Below are positions 47,731 through 61,480 of a DNA stretch of 64,000 nt, one piece after another (position 1 is the stretch's first letter; every line of letters begins with the position of its first letter). The notes beneath the pieces were generated by a model. It saw only the letters and a program-made list of their open reading frames with translations. It was not told the DNA's origin and searched no databases. The DNA lies in contig NC_083404.1 of the NCBI RefSeq assembly GCF_020745735.1, forward strand, positions 89,031,731 through 89,095,730, read 5' to 3'. The position numbers and the translations under genes were made by a program. The stretch comes from Hemiscyllium ocellatum (taxonomy: Eukaryota).

Positions 47731-49242
47731 ACATTTTCTTTCCACCTTAAATAAGGAAGAATTTTAAATAAGTTGGCAAATTGATATATACATTACCTGC
47801 CCTTCAAGAACCTTTACATCTTTACCATTAGGTTGCTCAAATTCATACCTTTCAAATATACTGTTTCAAATCAACATGCCCTACTCTCAAACAGCAACAG
47901 CAAAGCAGATCACTTCAGACCAATATTCAGTTTTCTAGTTCCTTAGAAAACTACTTTTTTTGTTTGAAGCAGCATTTCACCGTTTTGCAGTTAATCGATC
48001 AAACACAAACTGTGGGTTGAAGCCATACTGGAAGTAAAAGTCAACTCCATGTGTCCTGTGCACCAGTAATTCATGTCTGTGGGCTTAATGTTCTGAAACC
48101 TTTCTTCTACTGACAAAAATTGATTTGCTGTAAATAGGGTCAGGACTTCCAATTTCAAGCCACATCCCTGCATTGAATGAATTCTCTATTTCTGCAAATA
48201 TTGGGCTCCTTTGAAACCAAATTGCGCTATAACTTGGAAGGGAACTTGCAGGTGGTAGCACTCTGACGTGCCTGCTGTTCCTGCCCTTCTAGGTGGGAGA
48301 AGTAGAAGCTAAATCCAGATTGAAATTACCATAAAAGCTGGTATCAAGGATGGGGTACTAAGATTAACTTGCCCAAAAATAGATCAAACATTAGTGAGAG
48401 GTGACTGCTGGCTTTTGGTCACTTGCACTCTCTTTTAATCATCATAAAGATGACTGAAGGGAAGATGGTGTAAAAGAGATTCTCCAACTAAAAATGTGAA
48501 AAAGGTCAATGAGAAGAAGCATCTTGTTCCAGAGAATCATGGAGACAATTCAATGATGATCTCCCTAGTAATATCAGATGCATGTGAACCCTAGTTTTGG
48601 GTACTATGAACATATGTTGACCTGAGGCTGATGATGTGGTGTCTGGAGAACTGAAGGCTCTGCAATTCCTTTCTTGACCCAATAAAGGACACATGCTCTT
48701 CTGAGTTCCACAAGCAAAACTGTAGAAGTTATTTATTGTGGCCTCTTTATGTTCCTTCAGTATTTATCTTCCCAGCTTGTTGGGAAAGCCATGACAATTT
48801 CCCTACTCAGGTTTGCAGTAAAATATCACTTGAGGCCTGATGAGGACCTTCCATTTTTAGCTGCTGAAATAGCTGCCTCTCCAGCAGCCTGATGAAAAGC
48901 TACAGGGTACAAAATGGCATTGCTTTTCGAAGGTGATTAACTTGAGATATTTCGAGTCCTCTCACACAATAATGTCAACATTGTTTCACTTACTTTTAGA
49001 ATAACAGAAAATATTTTTAAGATCTTATAATCTGCATACCAATAAAGTCAAAATTTAATCTAACTTTTCAAAATCGCGATTCTCACTTTTACCCTGTATC
49101 TTTGAGTTGTATGTAAGTGAAATCAGGATCAAAATATGAAGATTTGGATCAGTCATTGAGCTCTAAGAAGTAAGGTCATTCCACAAGGCTCAAATTTCAA
49201 TGGCAAGCCTTCTTTGAAGCATTTGAATACTTAAGAGCAGCC

Positions 49243-50697
49243 ATAGAGTAATAGAGATATACAGCATGGAAACAGACCCTTCGGTCCAACTTGTCCATGC
49301 CGACCAGATATCCCAACTCAGTCTAGTCCCACCCTGCCAGCACCCAGCCCATATCCCTCTAAACCCTTCTTATTCAAATATCTAATGTGGTGCCACTGTT
49401 TAAGAAGGGTGGTAAGGACAAGCCAGGGAACTATAGACCAGTGAGCCTGACGTTGGTGCTGGGCAAGTTGTCGGAGGGAATCCTGAGGGCCAGGATGTAC
49501 ATGTATTTGGAAAGGCAAGGACTGATTAGGAATAGTCAATATGGCTTTATGCATGGCAAATCATGTCTCACAAACTTGATTGACCTTTTTGAAGAAGTAA
49601 CAAAGAGGATTGATGAGAGCAGAGCAGTAGATATGATTTATATGGACTTCAGTAAGATGTTCAACACAGTTCCCCATGGGAGACTGGTTAGCAAGGTTAG
49701 ATCTCACAGAATACAGGGAGAACTAGCCATTTGTTTACAGAACTGGCTCAAAGGTAGAAGACAGAGGTTGGTAGTGGAGGGTTGTTTTTCAGACTGGAGG
49801 CCTGTGACCAGTGGAGTGCCACAAGGATTGGTGCAGGGTCCACTACTTTTTGTCATTTACATAAATGATTTGGATGTGAGCATAAGAGGTACAATTAATA
49901 AGTTTGCAGATGACACTAAAATTGGAGGTGTAGTGGACAGCGAAGAAGGTTACCTCCAATTACAACAGAATCTTGAGCAGATGGGCCAATGGGCTGAGAA
50001 GTGACAGATGGAGTTTAATTTAGATAAACGTGAGGTGCTGCATTTTGGGAAAACAAACCTTAGCAGGACTTATACACTTAATGGTAACACTCCCTAACAC
50101 TTAGGGAGTGTGGCTGAACAAAGAGACCTTGGAGTGCAGGTTCATAGCTCCTTGAAAGTGGAGTCGCAGGTAGATAGGATAGTGAAGAAGGTGTTTGGTA
50201 TGCTTTCTTTTATTGGTCAGAGTATTGAGTACAGGAGTTGGGAGGTCATATTGCGGCTGTACAGGACATTGGTTAGGCCCCTGTTGGAATATTGCATGCA
50301 ATTCTGGTCTCCTTCCTATCGGAAAGATGTTGTGAAAATTGAAAGGGTTCAGAAAGGATTTACAAGAATGTTGCCAGGGTTGGATGATTTGAGCTATAGG
50401 GAGAGGTTGAACAGGTTGGATCTGTTTTCCCTGGAGCATCGGAGGCTGAGGGGTGACCTTATAGAGTTTATAAAATCATGAGGGGCATGGATAGGATAAA
50501 TAGACAAAGTCTTTTCCCTGGGGTCGGGGAGTCCAGAACTAGAGGGCATAGGTTTAGGGTGAGAGGGGAAAGATATAAAAGAGACCTTAGGGGCAATGTT
50601 TTCACACAGAGTGTAGTACGTGTATGGAATGAGCTGCCAGAGGAGTGGTGGAGGCTGGTTAAATTGCAACATTTAAAAGGCACTTGGATGGGTATAT
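49243..50697. mobile_element. CR1 (family A) insertion with 5' inversion and 9-bp TSD
   Basis: 3' tail on minus 49243-49376; RT on plus 49382-50697 (NYRPVSLT, DFSK, GVPQG, FADDTK); GAGCAGCCA at 49235-43 and 50698-706. Confidence 0.95.
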
Positions 50698-51898
50698 GAG
50701 CAGCCAGGTAAAGATAAGTGGCAATATTATTTTAAACATTTCCCTTTGCCCCTTCAAAACTAGAATCAAAACTGAAAGTGTCTGTATAGAAGCAGGAAAC
50801 AAAATTAGGGGAATATAACAGCAGATTTTTATCCCCACCATTCTCCTGTAAAAGGTCTAGAGAGGTGAACATGTTACTGCATAAGGTGAGTGTGTGTAGA
50901 AAGTTCTCTAATTTGGAACTTCACAACAGCTATCACACAGAATAAAGGCATATTATGTCTTGCAGGAGATGACACTATTGCCTACAGCATTCAAAATACC
51001 AGGAAACAAATGCAGGTCAGTGTTTTCGGGGAGCTGGCAAGTTACATGTATTTGAAACTATTACGCATTGTATAGGGAGATCAAAATTTAATGCCACAAA
51101 GCAATATCGGTTACTTGGTTTCATGATTACTGATGTCAATTTTTCAGCCAATCTCCTTATACTTCACAGACCATACAGCACACACAAGTCAAAGGTCTTA
51201 CACACATTTTGTTTCACACATTATAACACTTAAACCCAAAGGCAACAAGCTAACATCCATAAAAGACTTCAATTTTGGCCACATGGCATTCATTAGTGAA
51301 ATGTAACATTGCAATGACATTGGATAGAAATGCCATGCATTTTGCAGGATTTGGAATGGAAGCCTGGGTTGAACTATGCATCAATATGGGCAACACATCA
51401 GCTGAATTTCTGATGCTGGCCAGGATAAACCACAAGCATGATAGATGATGCAAATGCCATATCTGCCAACCACTGGCATTGCAATTCATACTTTCTGAGT
51501 TGGCTACAGATGGCAAATTTCTGCTCCGCTGATGAAAGGAAACTAAGCTAGTGTCATTGATCATTGGCAGACACATATATCAAATGCTGCAGATCTAGTT
51601 TAGTATTTGCTGACCATGCTGGCTCACCTTCTTTTGTATCATTTTACTTCAACCATTACATATTTTACATAGGAACATTGACAATGAAATTACCTTATTG
51701 ATACATAAGTCTTTTTCTGAAAATAACTATTGATTAAAAAGATTCAGAAAAATATTGCACTTTTGATTAATCAACACAGTACAAAATCTCTTAAATATTG
51801 TCAAAATGAAAACAGAACCTGTAACCAGGCACCATTTTTTTCGCCAAATTAAAGCATCACTTTCACCCACTGTAAATAATCAATCACACAAAGAAGAG

Positions 51899-51949
51899 AA
51901 ATCCAGAATTGCAGATAATTTAGTACAAATCCAGGATTGCAGATAATTT
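51899..51949. repeat. 28-bp-period tandem duplication
   Basis: AAATCCAG(A/G)ATTGCAGATAATTT twice. Confidence 0.85.
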
Positions 51950-52244
51950 TGTGTTAAAGTTGGAACTGTAATGATGTTAAGGTGCCCTAACTCTGAAATG
52001 CAGAAAAGCATTGAACTGCAACTTTGTAGGAATTTGCCATAGAGCCTGATGTCCCATTTCTGTGTTCCTGTGCACTGCCAGTGTACCTGCTCTTTCAGCA
52101 GCCAGAGCTACTGAAGTAAACCCATTAGATACAAAAGCAAGTTGCCTCATAATTGATATAATGCAATGAACAAATAAACAGCAAAGTCACACCAAAAGAA
52201 TGATTATAGCTTCATGCAACTTTCATAACAGGATCAACCTAGTT

Positions 52245-52258
52245 GTTACTATAGCAAC
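52245..52258. promoter_or_regulatory. RFX X-box motif
   Basis: GTTACTATAGCAAC matches GTTRCYATRGYAAC, in unique non-repeat DNA. Confidence 0.45.
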
Positions 52259-55200
52259 AGAAGTGCAAATTGTAAAGATTTCTTTGCTTGCGCTCTCTTT
52301 CCCCTATTTGGACACATATGTGCAGCTTTATCCATCCACAGAAATACTCTATTCTGTCCATGGTATAAACCAGTACTCACATGGGAGAAACTGCAGTCAA
52401 TGATGAGGTAGAGTTATGCTTGTTTCTACTCAAGTCAAACTATAATGTACATCCCTAGTTCTACACTATGGTTTGTCTCTTTCTTTTATGTAACATAACA
52501 TCATATTCCTGTACTGACTGAAATTTCTGGATTGTAATAACCAAAATCAAAGCTTGAAAACCGAAGAATATTTCCCCATTGCCCCACAACATCGTCAGTC
52601 ACTTACCTCCCACTCACAGCTAAAGCAGCAGGGATCAGCTTTTGCATCAAGTCATTGTTCATGATTTAGTCCCATCAGACCAATTATCTTGCAACATATT
52701 CTTTCTCTCCTTTGAACTATTAGAAGAATTATTGTTTACTTCATAATACAATACATTATGCTATTATTCCATTATTTATTTGTTTCATGTTCAGCTGCTT
52801 CTGAAGTCTTACATTATGAATTGTCATTATTTCCTTGAAAGGAAAGAAAAGACCAAAATAAAATTGACACCACCGGTGGGCAGGGATTGAAATATTTTAA
52901 CACTAATAAAACATCGTAACTGTAAATCAATAATGTATTGATCTCAGCACTAAATGTCAGAAGATTATTTGACTTGTAAACTAAATTGAACTGGAGTAGC
53001 TGAAGATATCATAGGTTTATGTGAAGATTTGTATGAATGTCACTATTGCATCAGACAGTAGATAAACATACGCCAGTAGTATCACTTGAATGCTTACAGC
53101 ATGGAAGGAGACCATTCAGGCCTATGTGTCTGTGATGGCTGTCCACAAGAGCAATGTACAGGAAAAAAAAGTGACACTTTGCTTTTTATTAAACACTTCC
53201 AGGGATCAAAAATACTTGCTGAAGGGAAAGCCCTCAAACCACAAGCACATTTTAAACAATCATAAAATATCTTCAAGAATTTTAAAAAGTACAAGATTAT
53301 TGCACTCACGTGTGTTTTTTGAAATTTCTGTAAGGGTGTTTTGAAGAACTTAATGTGAACAGCTTGCTATTGCAACTCATTTAATTTTTTTAAAGTTTAT
53401 CATGATTTGCATTAAGCCCTTCCAGAACTGTGTCAGATGGTCCATTCAAGGCAATCTGGAAATCATTTCACAGACAATATTATGCTTTTATTGGATTTCC
53501 CTGGATAATTAGCGCACTTCAATTGCTTTCTTGGAAGAAAGGGTCTGTAAAATTTACCTCTTCCAGATTCATGAAGAATAGAGCTGCAAAGTCTTCAGAA
53601 TAAAAGGATTTCTGCTCTACATGGATAGGGTCTCTTAAACCCAGCATCAAGAACAGCCTCGAGTGAAGCTGATTTGCCCTCGTGATTTAAATTTTGAAAA
53701 TGTTAGCAATTTTCTTTTCATCTGTGAGGAACAGAAATGGACTTGTATTTTCAATAGCAGCTGCAGGCAGTGAGTAATTTTTCCTGGATCTTTAGAACTA
53801 CTAATTTGATTTATATCAGAAAAAATTATAGTTATGAGATGGTGCAATGTGTCAGACTACTGTGATTTTCTTTTGGGATCTAATTTATACCCAATTAAAG
53901 TGTACTCTTTCCAGCAACTCTGATGGATTTAAGCAATTCGAAACTTACTGATTGACAAAATTTTATTCATTCGTTTCTAATTAGTGCAAAATTGTTAGTT
54001 CATGTTCAAGGACAGCAGAAGCACAACATCTTAGTAACTGGGTTCTAAAAGACTAGGAATCAATCTCTTGCTATGTACTAAATATTATGGAATTATGAGA
54101 GCATGTATGAATGACGTAGTTTCAGTACATATAGGAGAAGACGTCTTCGCCTAGTTTTTAAAGGATGAGTCTCATGTGGAAAAATGTCAAAATTGCAACA
54201 TAATTACAGGCTCTTTTGATCAACTGGTTTAATCCTCAACATGAGCAATTGTCCAAATTCTATGTTCCCACCTCTTTCCCATAATTGAATTGAATCAAAT
54301 TAGTTTTATTGTCATGTGCATTCAAAGGAATTCAGCCAAAAATTGCAATGTAGCTGTTTATGGCACCATCTTAGGTATAAGATACCCTGGTACAGATACT
54401 TAAATATTTGATACAGAATTGAAATAAAAGAAGTCCATCATAAGAATAAGAAGCTTTAAGAAATACTTGAATTACAGTCCTTTTCATCAAGCCCGTGCCA
54501 GCACCTATTTTCCAGACCACATTGGGCCAAGCCTATAGACCACTGTAGGCTTCAAAACTTGATGCCTCACCTCTAGTCTACAAGGGCCTCACCCCACAAT
54601 GGTCTCCAGTCTGGGACTCGTTTTCTGTGCTGGCCTCTTGTCTGTAAGGGCCTACAATCCAGGGGTCATCACCTCCATTCCTCTGCATGGAGGTTAAGGA
54701 AGTTAAATGTTTGAAAGAAAACATTAAGAAAAGAGAAAAAAAAACAAGTAAAAGAACAAGTTGGAGCAGAGTAGTTCCAGCTGGGGGTGTTCTACTTTGC
54801 TGCCAACTTATTTGTATCTTTTAGTCCTTTTATCTGCAATTGTTTGTGGGACCCCAATGGCCTATTTCCCCCAGAAAGAAAATCTTGTCAAACTGATGAA
54901 TGGTCTAAGTCATCTGTATGTTTAAAAATGGAGAACCATTGTGACTAGTATGTTCATTTCAAAGTATTATCATTATTCCCTCTGGGTTGTGTTGTAAATA
55001 CTCTGTAATATCACAGTTTGTTTAAATTTAGCCCACGCATAAAGGGTGAGTTAGTTTGCATCCCAATCTTTAATTAACAATGCATTCCAATTCTCATAAC
55101 TCTGTGTAAAAAAAGGTTTTGTTTGCACATTGTCCTAAAATGTAACATTTCACCATTTGTGTTCCCCTTTATAATCCTCCCAATCACTTCAATGTGTTTC

Positions 55201-55514
55201 TATTTGTTCTTATCCCATTCTTTCATGATTTTCACACCTCCTCCAAGTCACTGAAAAAATTACAGAAGCCTCTACTGTCATCTCATTTAACTGATTGTCA
55301 TTCTGAGATGGGCTGAGGAGCTATTTCTCACACCAGGAATGTCCAGTGAGAAGCCCGCAGGAGAATCAGGAAACCACTTCTTCTCCCTTTTCCTGTTGAT
55401 CTGAGGAATGATAGGATCCAGCAGTGAACCTGTGAGCATTGTCCACATCTCTCTCTCAGCCTTCAATGTGGATCTCTGACATCCACTGGCAGAAAGAGCT
55501 TTCTTTTATGGTCA

Positions 55515-55885
55515 TCAGTTGTCTTTTTTATTTATGTATTCACAAAATGTAGATGTTACTGCCAAAGCTGGAATTTATTGCACAACCTTAATTGCTGTTG
55601 GGAAGGTGGTTGTGAGTTTACTTTTGAACTTTTGCAGCCCATGTCATGTAGATAAAGCCACAGTGCTGTTCAGAAGGAACCCCAATGACAATGTTAATGA
55701 CAATAACAGTGACAGATATGGTTCCGAGACAACAACAGAAATTGTTGGAAAAGCTCAGTAGGCCTGGCGGCATCAGTGGAGAATGACCCTTCCTCAGAGT
55801 TCCAAGTCCATATTCCATGATGTGAAACTTGGAGGAAACTTTCCAGTGGCGATGTTCCCATGCATCTGCCATCCTTGACCTTTAT
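55515..55885 (-). mobile_element. L2/CR1-group LINE 3' end interrupted by a PLE-terminus fragment (~55730-55800)
   Basis: Antisense tail as at 39765-40010; inserted GTTGGAAAAGCTCAGTAGGCCTGGCGGCATC..GACCCTTCCTCAGA. Confidence 0.6.
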
Positions 55886-56041
55886 AAAAGTTAAGCAAAA
55901 TGTCCTGGCAAGCAATGAACTGCAAGATTCTTATGGAAATCTAAAAAATAGAATTGATTAGTTTGAAAGCCTGTACCTTGCCAATGGATAATTGAAGTAG
56001 TGGTAGGTATAAGACACCCAGAAATAAAGTATTTCAACATT

Positions 56042-56372
56042 TAGAACATAGAACATAGAAAAATACAGCGCAGTACAGGCCCTTCGGCCCTCGATGTTGC
56101 GCCGATCCAAACCCACCTAACCTACACTAGCCCACTATCCTCCATATGTCTATCCAATGCCCATTAAATGCCCATAAAGAGAGAGAGTCCACCACTGCTA
56201 CTGGCAGGGCATTCCATGAACTCACGACTCGCTGAGTAAAGAATCTACCCCTAACATCTGTCCTATACTTACCACCCCTTAATTTAAAGCTATGCCCCCT
56301 TGTAATAGCTGACTCCATACGTGGAAAAAGGTTCTCATGGTCAACCCTATCTAAATCCCTAATCATCTTGTA
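56042..56372 (-). mobile_element. Young CR1 3' end (another family)
   Basis: ORF 56127..56366 (ITRGHSFKLRGGKYRTDVRGRFFTQRVVSSWNALP); (TAGAACA)n tail; CpG retained. Confidence 0.92.
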
Positions 56373-57344
56373 ATCATTTCCTAGAAGAGAAATCTATATT
56401 GAACAAAACAAATTCTTGAGGTGGGATAAATCTGGCTCTGATTAAATTCCTTCGTTAACTCAAGACAGTCAGACAGATTAGGACTATTCAAATGATTCTT
56501 GCTGATTATGGCCTAATGCATTGACTAGATCATAAGACTGAAGAATACAAAATACACTGCTCCTTATGGATCAACTCCATTTGTTTGTTTGTCAGGCTAA
56601 CGAATATTTCTGAGGAGACTGCCACTCTCTGTTATGCAGAATAGCATTCCCCTGCTTCTCCGATTAGATCATCAAATCTATGGCCAATACACAATTCTCA
56701 GGACTAGTGCAGCTTGAAAAGCACCGATGGCTTTGATCCCAATTTAGGTAATCTGTGACTGCCAGACCAAAACCTGTCAGTGCTTACCAGAATGTGATTG
56801 TTATTGAATGCCTACCAATGTGAGGGTATCTGTACTGGTTGAGGGAACTGGGGAATTATGTAACAATGACTGTTTTGACTCTCCCATCTTTTCCTTAATG
56901 ATGGATGTCTTTCCCCCAGCTGTCTCTGAAGCAGTCTCCTCCAATCTTAGATCTGTGTAAGAATGTGCATTCTGTCACATCTTTCAAAATACTCCTAGTG
57001 TGGAATTCCCATGTTAACAGTGGATGCCACATGAGCATTAGGCCTCATGTTCACCAGAGGCTGTCTTAAACTCATTCATTAGGTTGCTCACTCCCTCTTG
57101 TTTCCCTCTAATATCTCATTATCTTCAATGTAATAACCCATATGCTGGCCTCTGGGTTCTAGAGCTCCCTCTTCTATAGAACTAGGATGGACTGGTGAGG
57201 AACTATTTTTGGTATTCAGCATTACAATGGCAGAAATAGGATCAAAAGATTTGCACATTGTTATTTTAACTAGTCATGCACCAACAATATGCACAACACT
57301 GTGCTGGTAACAGACTGACCATCAATTGTTTACTACCTTCATTA

Positions 57345-58392
57345 GTAACTCAGAGGAGGGGGCAGAGAGTAATGTCCCTAAATTTGCTGACAATGCGAAA
57401 ACAGGTGGGAGGGTATGTTGTGATGAGAATATGAGGCATCAGGAGAAGGATATAATTAGATAAAGTGAGAGGGCAAAAATTTGGTAGATGCAGTTTAAGG
57501 TGAGGAAGTGTGAGGTCATGCATTTTGGTGGGAAGCACCAAAAGGCAGCCAATTAGTGAATTGGAGAGAGACTCTGAAAAGTGCAGCATAGTGGGATTGG
57601 CGTGTTCTTATGCATGAGAAACAAAACATTAGCATGTAGTTACAACAAGTAATTAAGAAGGCAAATGGAGTACTGGTCTTTATTGCTAGGGCCATTTAAC
57701 AGTGGAGAAGTTTTGTCACAGGATGTTGGTGAGGTGGTGCCTGGAGTATTGTGTACAGTTTTGGGTCCATGTTTTTAAGAAAGTATGCACAGGTATTGGA
57801 GTCAAAATAGATTCATTAAGTTGATAGCTCAGATGAAAAGGATGATTTATCAAGAACAGCAAGATAGTTTATACATTTATTCATTAGAGATTGGAAGAAT
57901 GAGCTGTGATCTTATTGAAATGTACAGGATTATGAGAGACCATGACAGTGTAGATGTTGTGAAGCTTTTCCATTAGTGCAGTGTCGTGAATTTGGAGACT
58001 GTCCCCTTATTTTATAGCTGTCATTTAGAATGTGAAGGCATGTCTTCTCCCAGAGAGTAGTGAGTGCCTGGAATTCTCTTCCCCAGTGAATTGTGGAGGC
58101 TAGATCACTGAAAATATTTAAGAAGGCAGTAGATAGATTTATGAAATATAGAGGATTGAAGGCTATATTGAGTAGGCATGAAAGAGGAGTTGTGGCCTGG
58201 GACAAATTTGCTATGTTTTGAAATGTCAGGTCAATTGAGAGTGCTTATGACACAGTGGCAGTCTACCTATCTCTGAGGCAGGAGGCCTGCATCCGAGTCT
58301 CATCTGTCCCAGAGGTGTACAGTAACATGTCTTGAATGGCAGGCCAATCTTGAGGGACCGTATGGCCTACTCCTGCTCCTACTTCTTAATTT
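57345..58392 (+). mobile_element. Old CR1 RT to 3' end, with a SINE fragment at ~58240-58332
   Basis: KFADN, KCEVMHFG, YSLE..CDLIEMYRIMR; 3' end TGGCCTACTCCTGCTCCTA. Confidence 0.8.
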
Positions 58393-58659
58393 CCTGCATG
58401 AAGCAATGCAGATGCTACTATTGACTACTTATCACAGAGTGGAATTCTTTTCATTTAGCTCCAAACATACATAGCAAATTCATGAGCAGTAACCTTATCA
58501 CTGCATGTTGCTAGTAGGGTTAGCCAGTTTTGGCTGAATAAATTCCAGCAGCACCCATACACATTCCTAACAGGAAAAGTGTCACTTAGCCTCAAGTGAA
58601 GCTAGCCCTCTTCTATCTTTCCTGCCATTAATTAAAAGATGTGTAGCAGTAACATGGTG

Positions 58660-59040
58660 TGAATAGAAATGTCTGAATTTTTGGGTACTTCGGTGTAATG
58701 ATGCTTAGAAAGGAGAGTCAAAATGATTTTATGAGAAAGACCAGGATAACTTACTGCAGTTTAAAAGTATCAAGTTACGTGAGGATAAAGTGGGATAATG
58801 GCATTGAAACAGAGAATTAGACGTGATCCTATTCAATGATGGAAAGGGCTTGAAGAATTGAATGGTTTACTCCTGTTCCTAGCTTCTATATCTCTATGAT
58901 CAGGAAATTATGTTTGACAAGTATATTCGAGCTTGCTGAGGAAGAAACTCATTCAGCAGATGAGGAAGAAGGAATATATGTCAGCTACATCAATTTTCAA
59001 AGGACATTCCATTTTGTACTATACAAGAGGATGCTACAAA
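58660..59040 (+). mobile_element. Two very old CR1 fragments
   Basis: 3' UTR TGGTTTACTCCTGTTCCTA at ~58863-81; CLT..FE..Y.NFQR.F motif in ORF 58896. Confidence 0.55.
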
Positions 59041-61480
59041 GATTTATGACTCCTTGTGTTGTGTGGTGCTATCAATGTGGTAAATGGGACAGACTTGCAA
59101 CAGATTCAGCAACTCAGGACTGGGCATCCGTGAAATGCTGTGGGAAAAAAAAACAGCAGCAGAATTGTCTTCCCGCACAGCCTGCTACCTCATGGCCAAC
59201 ATATCCCCATTCAACACTACCATTAAGGCGAGGGGATCAACCCTGGTTTAATGGACAGTGTAGGAGTACATGCCAGGAGCAGCACCATGCTAATAGAAAT
59301 GAGCCATCAATCTGCTAAAGTAACCCCAACAGGACTACCTATATGCCATACAACAAAAGCAGCAAGAGATTAGATTAGATTAGATTACTTACAGTGTGGA
59401 AACAGGCCCTTCGGCCCAACAAGTCCATACCGACCCGCCGAAGCGCAACCCATCCATACCCCTACATATACCCCTTACCTAACACTACGGGCAATTTAGC
59501 ATGGCCAATTCACCTGACCCGCACATCTTTGGACTGTGGGAGGAAACCGGAGCATCTGGAGGAAACCCACGCAGACACGGGGAGAACGTGCAAACTCCAC
59601 ACAGTCAGTCGCCTGAGGCAGGAATCGAACCCAGGTCCCTGGCGTTGTGAGGCAGCAGTGCTAACCACTGTGCCACCGTGCCGCCGTAAACAGGGCTAAG
59701 CGAACTCACAACCAACAGATCAGATCTAAGCTCTGCAAGCCTGCCACAACCACCCATGGATGGTGGTGGTCAATTGAATAACTCACTGGAAGAGGACGCT
59801 CCATCCTCAATGATGCAACTCACACATAGGGTAAAAGACAAGGCTGAAGCACTTGCACCAATCGTCAGCCAGAGTATTGAGTGCATGATTTATCTTGGCC
59901 TGCTCCAGTGGTCGTGAGCATTAAATGTACCAGGCTTCAGCCACTTTGATTCACTCCACATGATACCAACAAGCACTTGCTGGCAAAGGATGTAAGCCTT
60001 GACAACATTCCGATGATAGTACTAAAAACCTGTGCTCCAGAAATTCCTAGTCGCCTCGGTAAGCTGTTCCAGTATAGCTACAATACTGGCATCGACCTGA
60101 CCATGTGGAAAATTGCCCAGCTCTGTGCTACATATAAAAAGTAAGACTGATCCAACCTGGCCAATTATTGCCCCATCAGTCCAGTCTCAATCATCAGTAA
60201 AGGGATGGGAGGTATCATCAACAGTGCTTCCAAGCAGTACCAGCTCAGCAATAATCTGCTTAGTGATGCCTAGTTTAGATACCATCAAGGCCACTTAACT
60301 CCTGACCTCATCACAGTCTTGGTTCAAACATGGACAAAACAGCTGAATTCCAGAGGGGAAGTGAGAGTGACAGCCCTTGATATCAAGTCTGCATTTGACT
60401 GAGTGTAGCACCCTAGTGAAAATGGAATCAATGGTTATCAGGGAGAAAAATCTCTGCTGGTTGGATTCATACTGGGTACACAGGAAAATGATTGTGGTTG
60501 TTGGAGATCAGTTATCTCATCTCCAGGACATCTCTGCAAGAGTTCCTCAGGATAGTGTTCTCAGCCCAATCATCTCCAGCTGCTTTACCAATTACCTTCT
60601 CTACATCATAAGGCTAGAAGTGGCGATGAGTGCACAATGTTCAACACCATTCCTGATTCCTCAGATACTGAAGCAGTCTATGTCCAAATGCAACGTGATC
60701 TGGACAATATCCAGGTTTGGGCTGACAAGTAGCAAGTAACAGTTATGTTACACAAATACTAGGAAATGACTAGCTCCAATAGGAAATAATCTAAGCACCA
60801 CCCCTTGACATTCAACATGTTACCATTTCTAAGTTCCACAGCTCTTAACATCCTTAGGGTTACTGTTAACCAGAAACTCACCACATAAACACAATGGCTC
60901 TGAGAGCAGGTCAGGGGCTAGGAATACGGTGGCAAATAATTCACTTCCAACTACAGGGTACAGTCAGGAGTGTGATAGAATACTCCCCACTTGCTGGGAT
61001 GGGTGTAGCTCCAACAACACTCAAGAAGCTTGACACTGTCCAGGCCAAAGCAGCCTGCTTGATTGGCACCAGGTCCACAAGCACCCAATCCCTCCACTAC
61101 TGAGGCTCTATAGCAGTGGTATGTATTACGTAAAAGATGCACTGCAGAAATTCACCAAAGATCCTCAGACACACCTTCCAAGCCCATAACCACCTCCACC
61201 TAGAAGAAAGAGGGCAAAAGATACATGGGAATACCTGCAACATCCTGCAAGTTCCCCTCCAAGGCATTTACCATCCTGACTTAGAAATATATCGCCATTC
61301 TTTCTCTGTTGCTGGGTCAAAATCCTGGAATTCCCTCGCTAAGGGTATTGTGGGTCAATCTGGATGGCATTGGTTCAAGAAGGCAGCTCACTACAATATT
61401 TTAAATGGGAACAATGGACAGGGAATAAATACTGGACAAGTCAGTGATGCCCTAGACCCATGAATGAATAAAAAAAAATT
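59040..61480 (+). mobile_element. L2/CR1-group LINE ORF2, ~2.1 kb, decayed, split by HE1
   Basis: DQPWFN, KTCAPE..KLFQYSYNTGI, NY.PIS, VPQDSVLSP, VRSVIEYSPLA; tail CCCATGAATGAATAAAAAAAA. Confidence 0.88.
59367..59686 (-). mobile_element. HE1-type SINE, full length, young
   Basis: (GATTA)4 tail; intact V-domain; head GGCGGCACGGTGGCACAGTGGTTAGC with B box GGTTCGATTCC. Confidence 0.96.

Noticed and set aside
54137-54148. 12-bp palindrome GAAGACGTCTTC
   Set aside because: A single short palindrome with no supporting context.
59640-59686. tRNA gene
   Set aside because: This is the tRNA-derived head of an HE1 SINE, continuous with the V-domain; there is no complete cloverleaf.
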